Assembly: GCF_002113885.1 (NCBI RefSeq)
Contig: NW_018407731.1
Coordinates: forward strand, 260,863-324,862
Direction of reading: 5' to 3'
Length of the DNA stretch: 64,000 nt
Source of the DNA: Mizuhopecten yessoensis
Taxonomy: Eukaryota
Made by a program: the position numbers and the translations under genes. Below, piece by piece: positions 26,301 to 39,100 of the stretch; positions within the stretch are counted from its first letter, which is position 1, and each line of letters starts with the position of its first letter. The notes beneath the pieces were generated by a model, which was given only the letters and a program-made list of their open reading frames with translations, did not search any database and had not been told where the DNA came from.

Positions 26301-29300
26301 TATATAAACCAGAACTGTAAACTAAAGGCTTACTAATACCCCTGCTCCTATATAAACAAGTGTTATATTGTCCCTAGGGTGTACATACACACATTTTTGT
26401 ATTCTTTTAATTCAGAGTACGTATAATCTTCCCCATGAAAATATTAAAAAGCTGGCAATTATGAACATGATATATACCCCTTTGTCTGGAGTGTTGAGGT
26501 ATAGGTCCACCACAAAGTTGATTCTGTTGGTGCGTGTCAGCTGTGTTTCCTTGGTGTGTGCATAAAGCTTATCAATCAGGCTAGGATCCTCTAGTGTATC
26601 CAGGATAAGTTGACACATGGCCGCTTGGTTACTCTTGGCCGCTACGTGGAGAGCATTGTAGCGGGCACTTTCCTGAGATATCAATACAGTAAAGAATGAA
26701 TTATCTCTCTATATATATTTATTCACTATATATATATTTATTCTCTATATATATATTTATATATTTATTTTCTATATATATATTTATAAGAAAAAAGTAG
26801 TCTTTGAAACATTTGATGAATAATGTAAAAAATAAGTTTGAAAATTGCTCTCCTCAAGCAGTTCCTCATCATTCCTCCTGAAGATCCTTGAAAAGGGTAA
26901 AATATCTATAGAAGACAGCAGTTTTCAAATTGTTTTGGACTAGATATTTAAACATATTGTTTCAAATTCACCTATGAACATGTACCTAGTACAATAACAT
27001 ACTGGTATTATATGTTTATAAAAAACAATTTGACTGAAGATAATATAACCTCACTGCATTTGAAGGTTCATCCACTACTTTTATTAACAATTTTTATTTA
27101 TCAATTCACTTTGATACACATTCTTAGGGTCACAATCTAAAGATGGATTTTTTTTCATTAGAAACAGCCTTTAGCTCCAAGCCAGCTGAAGGGATATACT
27201 TTAAAATCAGCATAAAAGTTCAATGGTAACTGTTTTTCTCAGTTTTATTTTTTTTGTGGTGTATATGATTATTTTTTCGGTTGCATATATTTTTGTATGT
27301 AATTGTTTTATATACACTATATTTTCTCCGTTGTATATATTGTGATATTCAATTGTTCCATGACTGTGTCTTGATAAAGCGGCAGATTGCATCGAAGATT
27401 TTATTGTTCACAATGTTGATATTACTTCTCTGCTTACATATCTATTTATGCATTCAACAGACATTAGTTTGTGCCCATATTGCAGTCAAATGTCACCCAG
27501 CTTTACCCCAACTTTAATCTTGTTAACCCTATGGTAAGAATGTTAGCAACCCACACAGATTCTATGATAACTGTGTATCCTCATGATCAGTCACAAGGTA
27601 TCGGGTACACAAGTGAAATGTTCTCCAGGTAAATTTCATAATGCTGTTAATTCAATTGCAAACAGGAACAAGATAAGTGACACATGTAGCAATTTTAAAA
27701 GCTAAGTAAGATTAGATATAAAAAGAACAACAGTTGACAGAAAGGAGACATTTTGTCCTCTTTACCTGTAGGATAGTGGGAGTGTCACCACTGCTGATCA
27801 GCATTCGAGGGTTTTCCCAGAACATGTTTTCTACCACTCTACATTCACCCTGCTCTATCCTTGTCCTAAGTACAATTAACTCTTGTATCTTTGGAGCTTT
27901 GTAGGGACAGCTCTCCACACTTACTCCAGGGGTCAGCTCACCAGCAGTCTGGTAAGTGAAAATCAAATGTAAACACCAAAAGAAATACATAGAAAGCTGC
28001 TAACCACAAATATGTATATTATAAATTGGACACTAATTTTGATGCTGTACTTTAATAATTTCTGTGTAGCAACATTGGTAAAGTGTACACTGAAGGATTT
28101 GCAATGTAAAGATCATGAGTTAGAACCCTGCAGTATTTTCTTTTCTTTATATTGTCATACATTCAAATTTCAAACAACTGCAATTCTGTAAAATATTTCA
28201 CAGTAGCTACAACATGGTAAAAATATACATAGTTAAACTTGTTTGTAGCCCTTACCTTAATTAACTTGTCATGAGATGCTAACTTGTTGGTAGCCCTTAC
28301 CTTAATTAACTTGTCATGGGATGCTAATTACATGTTGGTAACCCTTACCGTAACCCTTACCTTAATTAACTTGTCATGGGATGCTAATTACATGTTGGTA
28401 ACCCTTACCTTAATTAACTTGTCATGGGATGCTAACTTGTTGGTAGCCCTTACCTTAATAACTTGTCATGGGATGCTAACTTGTTGGTAGCCCTTACCTT
28501 AATAACTTGTCATGGGATGCTAACTTGTTGGTAGCCCTTACCTTAATAACTTGTCATGGGATGCTTCCTATTTATTTCATGTTCAGAACTTTTTTTAGAA
28601 GCTATTTTGGGAAGACTTAAATCATAACATCTCTTGAATTTCCTTAACTCTAAATACACGGGGTATGCTATTTTCTGTTAAAATGATCACTTAGTCCCCA
28701 GTATAATGTTTTTGGATAAAATAGCAAAGTGTCCCTTTCAGGGTCGGTTAAACCTGATAGAGTGAGCTCCACCACCCAGCTGGAGGTTCAGTGAAGTTCA
28801 GTGTACCCAAGGTTGGTGGATTCCTCATATATGTTTTAATGGAATTCACTTCAGCAGGGGTAATAATCTAGGGTATGTAAATATCAGGATGACCTCAACA
28901 ACATCAACTGAGGTGTATTTCTAAAGTTAATCCAAGTTTACGTGTTTCTTTCCAGTAATTATATATCAGTGGGCAATTGTCAGAACATAACTAAGACTTT
29001 GATTTTACACCGTAGTATAAAACACATCAATATTTCACTAAACATAATACCAGATATAAGGTTAACCCATTGCACATTTTGGATTAGGAATATTAGGAAT
29101 TTGTACACAATTAAATTTAGAGTCAATGAATGTAATAAATAAAGATTTTATCAATAAACATATGTATTACTTTTGAGGGTGTACTAACGCCTTCTAACAT
29201 TTATTATTGTCGTTATATGTATAATAACAGTCAGTAAACAGACCATTTGAAAACTTTACCTTTGACCCCTTTTTCCATGGAGAGTTGACATCAGCAGAAT

Positions 29301-31992
29301 TAAGGGAAAATTCATCAGCTTCCGACTTTGATTTGAACACCTTGAAACGTGCCCCAGTATATTTCTTCACTGATTTTAGGGCCGAGTCTTTATCAGTAAA
29401 GACGAAGCACTGATCTGTGAATAAATCAAGCAAAAACTCTAAAAGAAAACCTTTCGCTATCTTGCTGGGGTACAGATATTTCAGTATCAAGATGTTTCAG
29501 TACTTCACAAAAATCCTTTCAATATTTTATGATATTTTCGACACTTAGCCAAACATTTTAAACTTTTGCCTGTGCTCAATTGTTGAGACCTATATGTTGC
29601 TGTTTTTATTAGTTCTTAAGTATTTTTTGTCTCGACAAAAAATAACAAAATGTCCTTTTCCTAGGTACAAAAACTACCAGGTGCCAAAATTATCCCTTGC
29701 CCCCTCCCCTAACACACACTGTAATAATTTAATTGCAAAAAAAGAAATTGGGCTGGGATGAACTTATTTTGATGTTGTCTTTTTATTGTCATATTCCCTT
29801 TTTCTCAATCAATCCTTGTGTTTATTTTACAGTGTTGTTTTTGTTTATATCTTTCTTGAATATTTCGATTAATATCTCAAGTTTCTTAAAATCAACCTTT
29901 TAGATATTGGAGTAAGTGGTAGAAATTAGTGTTGGGAATTGGTTGAGATTTCAACATTGATGATCGGATATAATCGGTTAGTGTCAACTGATCAATTTTC
30001 GATTATTAATCGGTAAGCCTACCGTTTCATAATCCTTCAAAAAAAAATTACTCTTTATTTAAAACAATGACATGGCTTTTTCTTTTATTATACTACTAAT
30101 GAAATTTTAACTTTTCCGCATAGTTTCCTATCTTTATTTTTTATCATATCATTTCAACATAACAATCTTAATTGATGAACAGTTAACATTTATTTATTTT
30201 TTGCAATTAATTATGTTTACATAGCATGATTGGTAAGAAGTTATAGTTAAGAGTAAAATGACATAGAACTCCCGTTCTCTATTAGTGAAAATGAAAGTAG
30301 AACTTGCACTTCCGGTTTTGAAAACAATCATCAATGTTGACATTTCATAATCGATTGTCGGGAATTGGTTGTCTTTCCAAATAGATATCGATTATAATGG
30401 ATCATCGGGACAACACTAGTAGAAATAACTATCCTAAATTTGCTTTCAATGAAATGCCAACTTCTTGAGATCAGACTGTTGTGATATTAGCATTATTTAC
30501 CGGTATTTAAATTTCTCAACATATAATTGCTGGCTTTATCATTTTGATTTATTGTCATTTCCACTAAAATGTTATCTTCGTTATTTGTAATTATTTTAAA
30601 TCAAACTTTCAGGCTGTAGAAGTACAAGTTGTGTGTTTGCATTGATTTTCAAGCTCTGCATTTCCCTAACAACGTCCATGATCTGGGCCCCTCACAAAGG
30701 TCTGAAATCGGTCATGTCAGCTATCAGGTTTCTGGTCTTGTGTAATGGTATCACCTTATAATTATAAGATGACTACTTAGTCTCACTGGGGCCAGTTGTG
30801 CTATATTTATAACAGTAAATAAGTATTTTCCCCAGGAACTTGAGGGAGAGTTCGAGGCGAGCACTGATGATCTTGCTTCTTTATATATATGAAAGATTTT
30901 TTATTCTCAGAGCCACCAAGAGGGTAGCATGATATGGGCACTGTGTGCTTTCCCTTCTGAATCCGCCACTGGGAGTCCCATCAAGGTACTGGCCACAGGT
31001 ATTGTGAGTTTCATCTACTGCCAAAGTCTGACTCGTCCTTAAATGACCATAGCTGTTACTGTATACTGGGACACTTTCACTCAGTCAAATATTTGCCCTT
31101 TTCTGAGAAAAATACCATGTTTGCCCATTGTTAATTGCGCATACATGTACCAATAGCTATATATTACAGGTTGTAAAGTAAAATTTGCTGTCATAACAAA
31201 TCTGCTCTCATTAGGGTGGGTGAAGAAGGCGAAAGTTAAACTGTGGCGAAAATTTCACAGTATACAGTAAACAAAACCAAATCCTTCCCACTTGTTTGCA
31301 TGGAAAGCTATATACTGGGACATTTTAAACAGAAATAGGGGAAATATATGACTCATTCCATAGAGTGCTATGATGGTTTATCTTGACAAGCTAATGTGAT
31401 TAAAACAATACATTCGGATTGTCACCATAGATAGAGCATCAAAAAAATCAATAAAAACATGAAACAGTAAAGGCAATGAAGTATGATTCAACAATGAACA
31501 ATCAATAATCCTATGGCATTACAATATGTGTTCACCTTCAATCTCTTCTTTACTGACAGTGGCAGGTAAACTGACTCCATAAAAATGAGATGCCTCTAAA
31601 TTTATCTGGGCTATTTTGATTTCGGTGTCTTCAGTTTTTTCACCCTGTGAAACACTTTTTGAACTGGCCACACCGTCCGATAAATCTGATGATGAATCTG
31701 GCAAGGGGTTGTCTGGTTGGAAAGGGGTCCTATTAACACATTCAGTTTTGCAACTGTCACTCCCTTCATCTTTGCCTCCTGACAACGAACAAAGTCGTCT
31801 GCCATCAACGGATGTTTTTGAGTCGGTGGTTAACGTCGTTTGTTGGGATGCAATGATTTTTCTTACCAACCGTTTTTGAAAAAGCGCAATCGTGGTCCGT
31901 AAAATAGGTCCGACAGTCTCTCCGTGTTCCTTTAATTGCGTCCTCAACTCGTCTGCACTGAGTGTTTTCACCTGGTCTAAAATATCCTCCAT
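14386..31992 (-). CDS. ANKLE2: Ankyrin repeat and LEM domain protein 2 (LEM4); exons 31992-31536, 29414-29260, 27948-27766, 26672-26478, 26073-25951, 24076-24010, 22057-21882, 20967-20849, 20383-18806, 15828-15697, 14602-14386 (3402 nt, 1133 aa)
   Basis: N-terminal LEM domain (LSADELRTQLKEHGETVGPILRTTIALFQKRL) is followed by GARFKVF, WENPRMLISSGDTPTILQ, ankyrin repeats (RYNALHVAAK, YLNTPDKG, ETPLHFACKFG), YYVPLVR, AGPM, DKGMERLGRDLAH, PWLEYWEFL and the C-terminal FIHG.RPTKSDLD...W.SP motif, all recognisable ANKLE2 blocks. All 10 introns are GT-AG with matching phases. A small missed exon cannot be excluded. Confidence 0.94.
15305..15655. mobile_element. MITE with GGCC termini (PIF/Harbinger-like)
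   Basis: TIR GGCCAATAAAATTTGTGTGTTTCAGG against its inverted counterpart at the right end; flanks TTA/TAA; same family as 33737-33961. Confidence 0.7.
21371..21872 (+). mobile_element. Degenerate HINE-like element (further partial copies at about 16100-16604 -, 17385-17958 +, 54011-54523 -, 60665-61020 +)
   Basis: AACAAGATGGCC...ATCGCTCACCTG start and TAGCTCACTGTGGC...CCAGGTG...AGCTAAAA end. Confidence 0.6.
22405..23484 (+). mobile_element. HINE/pearl-like element (5'-truncated), seven ~146-bp internal units
   Basis: Same central repeat as 926-1893; GACGCCGGACG microsatellite; 3' hairpin AGCTCACTTGGCCCTTCGGGCCAGGTGAGCTAAAAA. Confidence 0.85.
24289..25983 (-). repeat. 33-bp minisatellite (~50 units) derived from the ANKLE2 exon 5/intron 5 junction
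   Basis: Sense-strand unit GTAAGTAACAGCAGTGGTCAGACTGCCTCAGAG. Confidence 0.96.
28245..28566. repeat. ~44-48-bp minisatellite x7 in ANKLE2 intron 2
   Basis: CCCTTACCTTAAT(T)AACTTGTCATGGGATGCTAACTTGTTGGTAG repeated. Confidence 0.93.
29927..30418. mobile_element. hAT-type MITE in ANKLE2 intron 1
   Basis: TIR TAGTGTTG/CAACACTA with perfect 8-bp TSD GTAGAAAT (29919-29926, 30419-30426). Confidence 0.88.
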
Positions 31993-32059
31993 GTCTAAGC
32001 GTAACTAACCTAACTAACCTATAGCCGACATTCTCATCTCGCCTGATATTTTCATCTCA

Positions 32060-32200
32060 TTTTCATTTTCGCCACTTCCGCTTCTTTCCTGACGAACTTG
32101 GTTTGTCATCTCTTTTCTGATTGGTTTACTGGAAATCATTCTCCAATGAAATGTCATCTAACATAATAACGAGATACTGAGTCGGGAGAAGGAAAACGTG
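32060..32200. promoter_or_regulatory. Probable bidirectional promoter of ANKLE2 and VSP
   Basis: Lies between the ANKLE2 ATG (31992, -) and a candidate VSP 5'UTR donor GG|GTATGC (32278, +). Contains ETS-like CACTTCCG (~32073) and opposed CCAAT boxes (CTGATTGG ~32117, CCAATG ~32143). Confidence 0.55.
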
Positions 32201-32826
32201 AAGAGCTGTCTCTGAAATGTGAGCACGGGTATTTGGTGTAAAAACAACAAAAAAAGTGTTCATGTGTTCAAAAACGGGTATGCTAGCTGTTTTATGTAAT
32301 ATTAAACTTGTAGAAGACGGCTCATTTTATAGATTTCATGTCATTTCTCGAAAAAGAAGTTATGAAGCAGACGATTTTTTCAAGGGTGTGAGAAACACCC
32401 CCTTTTTGCTGTGGCCTTCTTTTGTCGAGTGTTGAATGTCTTTAATATCATTATTGGTGGAGGAAATTAAGTATATGAAGATAAATAATTGAAAGGACTA
32501 TGTGTTTAACCGTCCTGTATAAAAAGCTGCTAGAAACCTGTCAACATCGCAAAAGATTTTTATTTTCGACAAAACAATTGCCTGAATTGGTTCTATCTAT
32601 TATCAACATATTGCTGTCTCCCAAAGTATAAATCATAACCTTGCTTGAAATCCTTTATGACATTTTTGCATGATCTCATTTCTCTGCAATCACAAATGAA
32701 TAATTCTGGGATGTAATGATCACACATTGTTTTGTGTAGAACTGATAACAACCTTTGTAATACTTTGGCATGCAACCATCTGGAGTTAAGAGGTACCGTT
32801 TTGCACTTTTCTTTTCCTATTACTTC

Positions 32827-32960
32827 TGTAGCGAAACTGGACTGGGTCGATCATTGGCGACCTGACGTAGCTCAATTGGTTAGAGTGCCCGATTAGAGTT
32901 TGGAGGGTCCTGGATTCGAACCCTGGTCTGGCCATGCATTTTCCCCTCTCCTTAGTTACA
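32827..32960 (+). mobile_element. Solo LTR of family B tRNA-TRIM
   Basis: TGTAGCGAAACTGG...tRNA-like...AGTTACA; flanks CTTC/CTTT (3 of 4 match); homologous to 61282-61410 and 5366-5552. Confidence 0.82.
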
Positions 32961-33168
32961 CTTTGTATATACATGCATCTACAAAGTACACTGCAGATAA
33001 GAGGAAGTTAAATTGAATTTGCTCTTGAATCAGCATTATCATATCTCCGTGAGGGTGACATTTTAATTGAAAAGATGTTTTTTTCGAAAAACTATACTTC
33101 AGTATATCTTATTTTTCAGTTGTTTTAGTTATTTGTACTTTTTTGTGAATTTTAAGGTGGATGCTAAC

Positions 33169-36100
33169 ATGAGTAACTATGAGAGATTTGACTCGGATCG
33201 GGGTGAGCCTGAGGGGGCAGCTGAAATTGATGTCACTACAGCGGAAGGTAGAGAGAATAAAGATACACACATTCAAGTTAATGACCCTGCGGAGGAAGGA
33301 CAAGTGACATTCTATGAATCGGATAACAAAGCCGGTTTAGAATATGTTGATGATCCTGCCCAGTCTGTTCAACTTACTGGATTGAAGTAATTCTAAATTT
33401 TTCATCGTGTAGGCATAATACAATAGATCACTGCCTTAATATACTTTAATAAAATCCAGAATTCGGATTTTATAAATGATGCAACATTTCTGAGGTAGCA
33501 GTATACAGTAGCCTAACGTGACCATGGGTGATATTTTTGTACAGTGATCGAATAGCCACTGTAATATAACATGTATCAACAAATATTTATTTAATCAGCA
33601 TTAAAATTGGCATATACATATATATGATGAAGTGGACTATGTGGGCTTTATAATTTTTCAAGAAAAAAATACTGCATTTGGTTTATGAGCACAGTTTTGG
33701 CCATTTACAAACCTGTGTCTACACAGCAAAAGCTTAGGCCAGACAAAAATATTTGTTGTTTCCGGTAACCTTACCTACCCTAATTTTGTGTGCCTACCCT
33801 AAACTTTTTTTAGGCAATTTTCAAAGAGGCACTGTTAAAGTCAAGATCACTCTCCTATATAAACCATATAAAATCATTTGTTAAAAAAAAATTGTTACCA
33901 TACCTACCTACCCTAAATTTTTCCAACAATGTTTCAGGAAACACATATATTTTGCCTGGCCTTAGCTTTTTATGTAGTATATTTTTGAAATTGGCACATG
34001 ATTAAATATTGTGCAAAATCCACCAGATGGAGCTATGCTAAAAAGTGAGTATTTCTGTTACTGAGCAGGTGATTTGTAATTTTGAGACATGGTTTAAGGG
34101 GATTAAAAAAAAATGATGGGGGTCAAATTTAGGTTACTTAAGTCTTTTTTATGTAGATTCCTTGTGAGGCATGTATGGCAATTATTGAATATAAATTTGT
34201 AACTAGTTTAGAATATTAGCACTATGTTGTATTATATATGAGTCCTATTTAGTAGCTGATTTGTCTGCATACTTATGATTTGTCTATTTACCCTCAGACT
34301 CATTCAGTCCAAGTTCAAGGCTGTCATTGAGCATATCTTATTCCGCCTCCTGACTGTGGTTTTGATCCTGTTGGATTTGACCCTGACCATTATTGGGCTG
34401 GCTAACACAGACAGTGCCAGCAGTGGCTTAGAGATTGTCTCCCACTGTATCATCACCTATTTCCTACTCGAGGTGGCAGCACGCATATTTTATCTGGAGT
34501 AAGTTAATGTCAGTTGGTATTTACTAAAAGTATTAGAAATTACATTTAATGTTCGCTTGCATGTATTTTCCGCTCTTTTTATGAAGTATCAAAAAGATTG
34601 CCCAAAACCAATTATTCAAAGGGTGTTGATCATTTGAAGCAATGTAAATGTTATCTATTATAGGTTGTATACAAAGATACTTTTATCACATCTATCAGAG
34701 AGATTCCTATGTGAAAGATACACATCTCATTTTACTCCAAATCGATCATTGAAAAAGGTTTACAGTGTAAAACTATCAACGTTTTGAATAATCAGCTTTA
34801 AATTATCAATCAAATGGAATTGTTTTATTCTAACCTTAGCACCCTGAAACACCAATTCAACGTACCAAAGATATGTTCAAAATTCTCCTTTGTATATAAC
34901 AAATGATTTATCAATAATCGGTATCAATCAATATTTACTGTTGCTTTATCTTTGACATTGGAACCCTGAAAGATATAAACTCGTTTGAGTTATTCTCATA
35001 CTTGAAGTTTGTGTAAAATTTTATAAAAATCTCTTTTGAAATGCATCTGCTACAGTGAGGACGGACAGTGAATTCACTCTCATTCCTACAATAACTGTTG
35101 ATGATGATATCAATGTTAATTTACAGATAACTTATCCAACTTACCTTTCATATGTTTGTCTTAAAGTGAGTTTCCTTGTTTTAATTTCTTTGCAGGCGGC
35201 TATTTTTCAGCAGTATCCTGGACATGGTTGATGGAGGGGTAATTGTTGTATCCTTTATCCTAGATATGGTATACATTGGTTTGTCATCAACTGATCAAGA
35301 CATCGATTATATCAGGTAGGTCCTTCATCATTACATTTCCCATGCTATGGGGTTTATATGTGGATTAAGTAACAAGATTTTTGGGTGTATGCTAGAATCC
35401 CAGCAAACTTTTGGGGCTATGTTTATACTATCTGTCTGTCCATCTGGAATCTGGCCAGTTATTGGTACACAGTATACATGCATGTATGCATGTTTAAATA
35501 CGTTTTTCTATGAAATGTTACCTTGACAACTTGCCACTTATTTACCTGGTAAGTTTGTAGTTTTAGACTTGATAGCTTTATAGACTTGTGAGACTGTTAA
35601 TCAAGTATAAAATTATACTACATGTATTGTGAAATTGACATAGGGTACCGTAGTGAAACAAATTCAGCCTAATTTTGTAAATTCTCAAATGAAGGATGGA
35701 GATTTGAAGGTTAAATATGCTCTTGTCAGTTTACAAGGTGGATGGCAATGACCTTCAATTGTCAAAATACCTTGTACTGCATGTACCTTACCACTTTATA
35801 TGTTACTGCATAAAAGTAGGACCAGACCATAGGCTTTGTTGTCTCTCAGGCCACTGTAAAACTTTAATGAGGGAGTAACCAATGTCTGAAATATAACTTG
35901 TAAATTGACATAGATTGTAAAAATACTAAATCCAGTGACACTTTCATCATTTGTTCCATTTTTATTTTCCACTTGGTCTCCCAGACATTGTTATGATAAA
36001 GATTTATAATGATTTAACAAGGTTTTCTGACTGTGAATCTAGATGAAAGAATCTAATCAACTGCCAACTTGTCTTGGAATCAATATTTTTATTACTAAAA

Positions 36101-39100
36101 TCATCAATTTCAAGGTTATTGTAATATTGGATGTTGTAGGTTGGTTGTGATTGGTCGAGTGGTGAGAATTATCAGAGCATTGAGAGTTATCTACCTTATG
36201 GTACAGCAACGGCGACACGTTGCGACAGCTTCCCGTCGTGTTGTGTCCCAGAACAAGCGGCGATACCAAAAGGATGGGTTTGATCTGGATCTGTGCTATA
36301 TTACAGGTAAACTCATTGCTTAAGCTTGATTACAGCATTTACAGTGTAAATAGACCATTTATGTAGCCAAACACCTTTAACTCATTCATCCCTGAAGACA
36401 CATTTGGGCTCTTCCAATTCACAGGTTGGTATAGTTTATTATGGAATATCAGGGATGAATGAGTTAATTAACTAATTTATATAAGAATATGAAATAAAAT
36501 GATAAAAAGAGCTGTTGAAAAGATGGCTTGGGTAGAATGTTATATGAAAATATTTGTTTCTATAATATATTACAAAATATAATTAATTACCAAGTAGAGT
36601 ATCATTGCAAGAGACAAGTTTTCATCGATTGAATCATATACTGTAATTTACATAATTTCAGAAAAAAGCCTTCGTCATTATGGAAATGCTAAAACTGATT
36701 TTAATTTTCCAGAGAGAGTGATTGCTATGTCATTTCCATCTAAAGGGATGATGGCAATGTATAGGAATCCAGTAAGGGTGAGTTAATTAACAGTGACTCA
36801 GAAATTACTGTCTATCTGTCAGGGTGAGTAAATTCATTTTGACTCAAAAATAACTGTCTATCTGTTAGGGTGACTAAATTCACTTTGACTCAGAAATAAC
36901 TGTCTATCTGTCAGGGTGAGTTATTTTACTATGACTCAGAAAGTACAGTTGTATAGTCAGAGCGAGTTGATCACCGACTCAGAAAGTACAGTTGTATAGT
37001 CAGGGCGAGTTGATCACCGACTCAGAAAGTACAGTTGTATAGTCAGAGCGAGTTGATCACCGACTCAGAAAGTACAGTTGTATAGTCAGAGCGAGTTGAT
37101 CACCGACTCAGAAAGTACAGTTGTATAGTCAGAGCGAGTTGATCACCGACTCAGAAAGTACAGTTGTATAGTCAGAGCGAGTTGATCACCGACTCAGAAA
37201 GTACAGTTGTATAGTCAGAGCGAGTTGATCACCGACTCAGAAAGTACAGTTGTATAGTCAGAGCGAGTTGATCACCGACTCAGAAAGTACAGTTGTATAG
37301 TCAGAGCGAGTTGATCACCGACTCAGAAAGTACAGTTGTATAGTCAGAGCGAGTTGATCACCGACTCAGAAAGTACAGTTGTATAGTCAGAGCGAGTTGA
37401 TCACCGACTCAGAAAGTACAGTTGTATAGTCAGAGCGAGTTGATCACCGACTCAGAAAGTACAGTTGTATAGTCAGAGCGAGTTGATCACCGACTCAGAA
37501 AGTACAGTTGTATAGTCAGAGCGAGTTGATCACCGACTCAGAAAGTACAGTTGTATAGTCAGAGCGAGTTGATCACCGACTCAGAAAGTACAGTTGTATA
37601 GTCAGAGCGAGTTGATCACCGACTCAGAAAGTACAGTTGTATAGTCAGAGCGAGTTGATCACCGACTCAGAAAGTACAGTTGTATAGTCAGAGCGAGTTG
37701 ATCACCGACTCAGAAAGTACAGTTGTATAGTCAGAGCGAGTTGATCACCGACTCAGAAAGTACAGTTGTATAGTCAGAGCGAGTTGATCACCGACTCAGA
37801 AAGTACAGTTGTATAGTCAGAGCGAGTTGATCACCGACTCAGAAAGTACAGTTGTATAGTCAGAGCGAGTTGATCACCGACTCAGAAAGTANCACGAGCT
37901 CATTACTGTTGAATTCTTATAGAGTAAACTCCAATAAATTTTTTACTGTAAGTAGACATTTTATTGTAGAGTCAGTGTTGTATTTCATAGTCCACCAGTG
38001 CTCAGTATTATGAGTTAGATTGGAATTTGTTTTGATATGCATTCCAGTAATTTTTGCACCAGAAACGACAAAAGATATTAAAGTGTACTGTTCATATACC
38101 AAAGCTCATAATGGCATTCATAATTACGTTCTATTTTTAGGAAGTGGCAAGATTCTTTGATGAAAAACACAAGGACCATTACAGAATTTATAACCTTTGC
38201 AGTAAGTTTAGATTTATAACATTTCATGGGGCTTCATAACATTTTGTTTGTTTGCCAAAGGCAAAAGTCACAAGAGTTGTAATCAAAAATATACTCCTGC
38301 ATAGGTCAGTATGCCTGAGGTCAGCTTTAGGCTGACAGTAGTAGCTTGGTGGGGAATTGAAACGCATACATTTGTTACCGTTACCGTCCCTGCCAATATC
38401 TGGAGTAGCGCCACCTATCTGTGGCATAGCGAAGCGGCGAAAGAACACCAGAAAATGATGGCTTCCATTCATGAGCAGGGTCTGAACTGGTATACATGTG
38501 AGATTTGAATATACAAAATATAATATTAAGCTCTCCCTTTGTGGGGCTACAGGTGTACGATCAGAGGTATTTAAGGATGAAGGACTTCAAATATTATGAT
38601 TTAAAAGCAATTAAAGAATGATGGTACTGATGCTGATATTTTCTACATTTCAGGTGAAAGAGATTATGATGAGGAATTGTTCCACAACAGAGTGGAACGT
38701 GTTTTCATAGACGATCACAATGTCCCCAGACTAAGGTAACTTTGTAATACAGGTATCTACCAACTATAATTGAAGGGTATCTTTAACAGCTGAATGCTTT
38801 AATAACAGTCATATTGGTATTTGAAGATGTGAAAAAAAGAAAATTGCATGTAAATGTTTGTATTGTCAGCAAATACTCATGTGTAGAATCCACATAAGTT
38901 TTAACATAAAAAATATATATCGAAAATTTGAAATGATTTTTCTTTTTATTCATTGACAGTGAGATGGTAGATTTCACTGCTAATGCACGAGAGTTTATGA
39001 ACCAGGATCCACAGAATGTGATAGCAATCCATTGTAAAGGCGGCAAGGGTAGGACGGGCACAATGATATGTACTTGGCTCATTGACTGTGGCTTGTTTGA

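Noticed and set aside
33067-33168. Upstream hydrophobic extension of the VSP ORF (MKRCFF...), and similar extensions of other track ORFs
   Set aside because: Intronic polypyrimidine sequence upstream of the acceptor at 33155-33156; many track ORFs begin at TTG/GTG or run into introns.
36933-37891. CRISPR-like array
   Set aside because: Head-to-tail identical units with no unique spacers, no cas genes, and a eukaryotic intron context.
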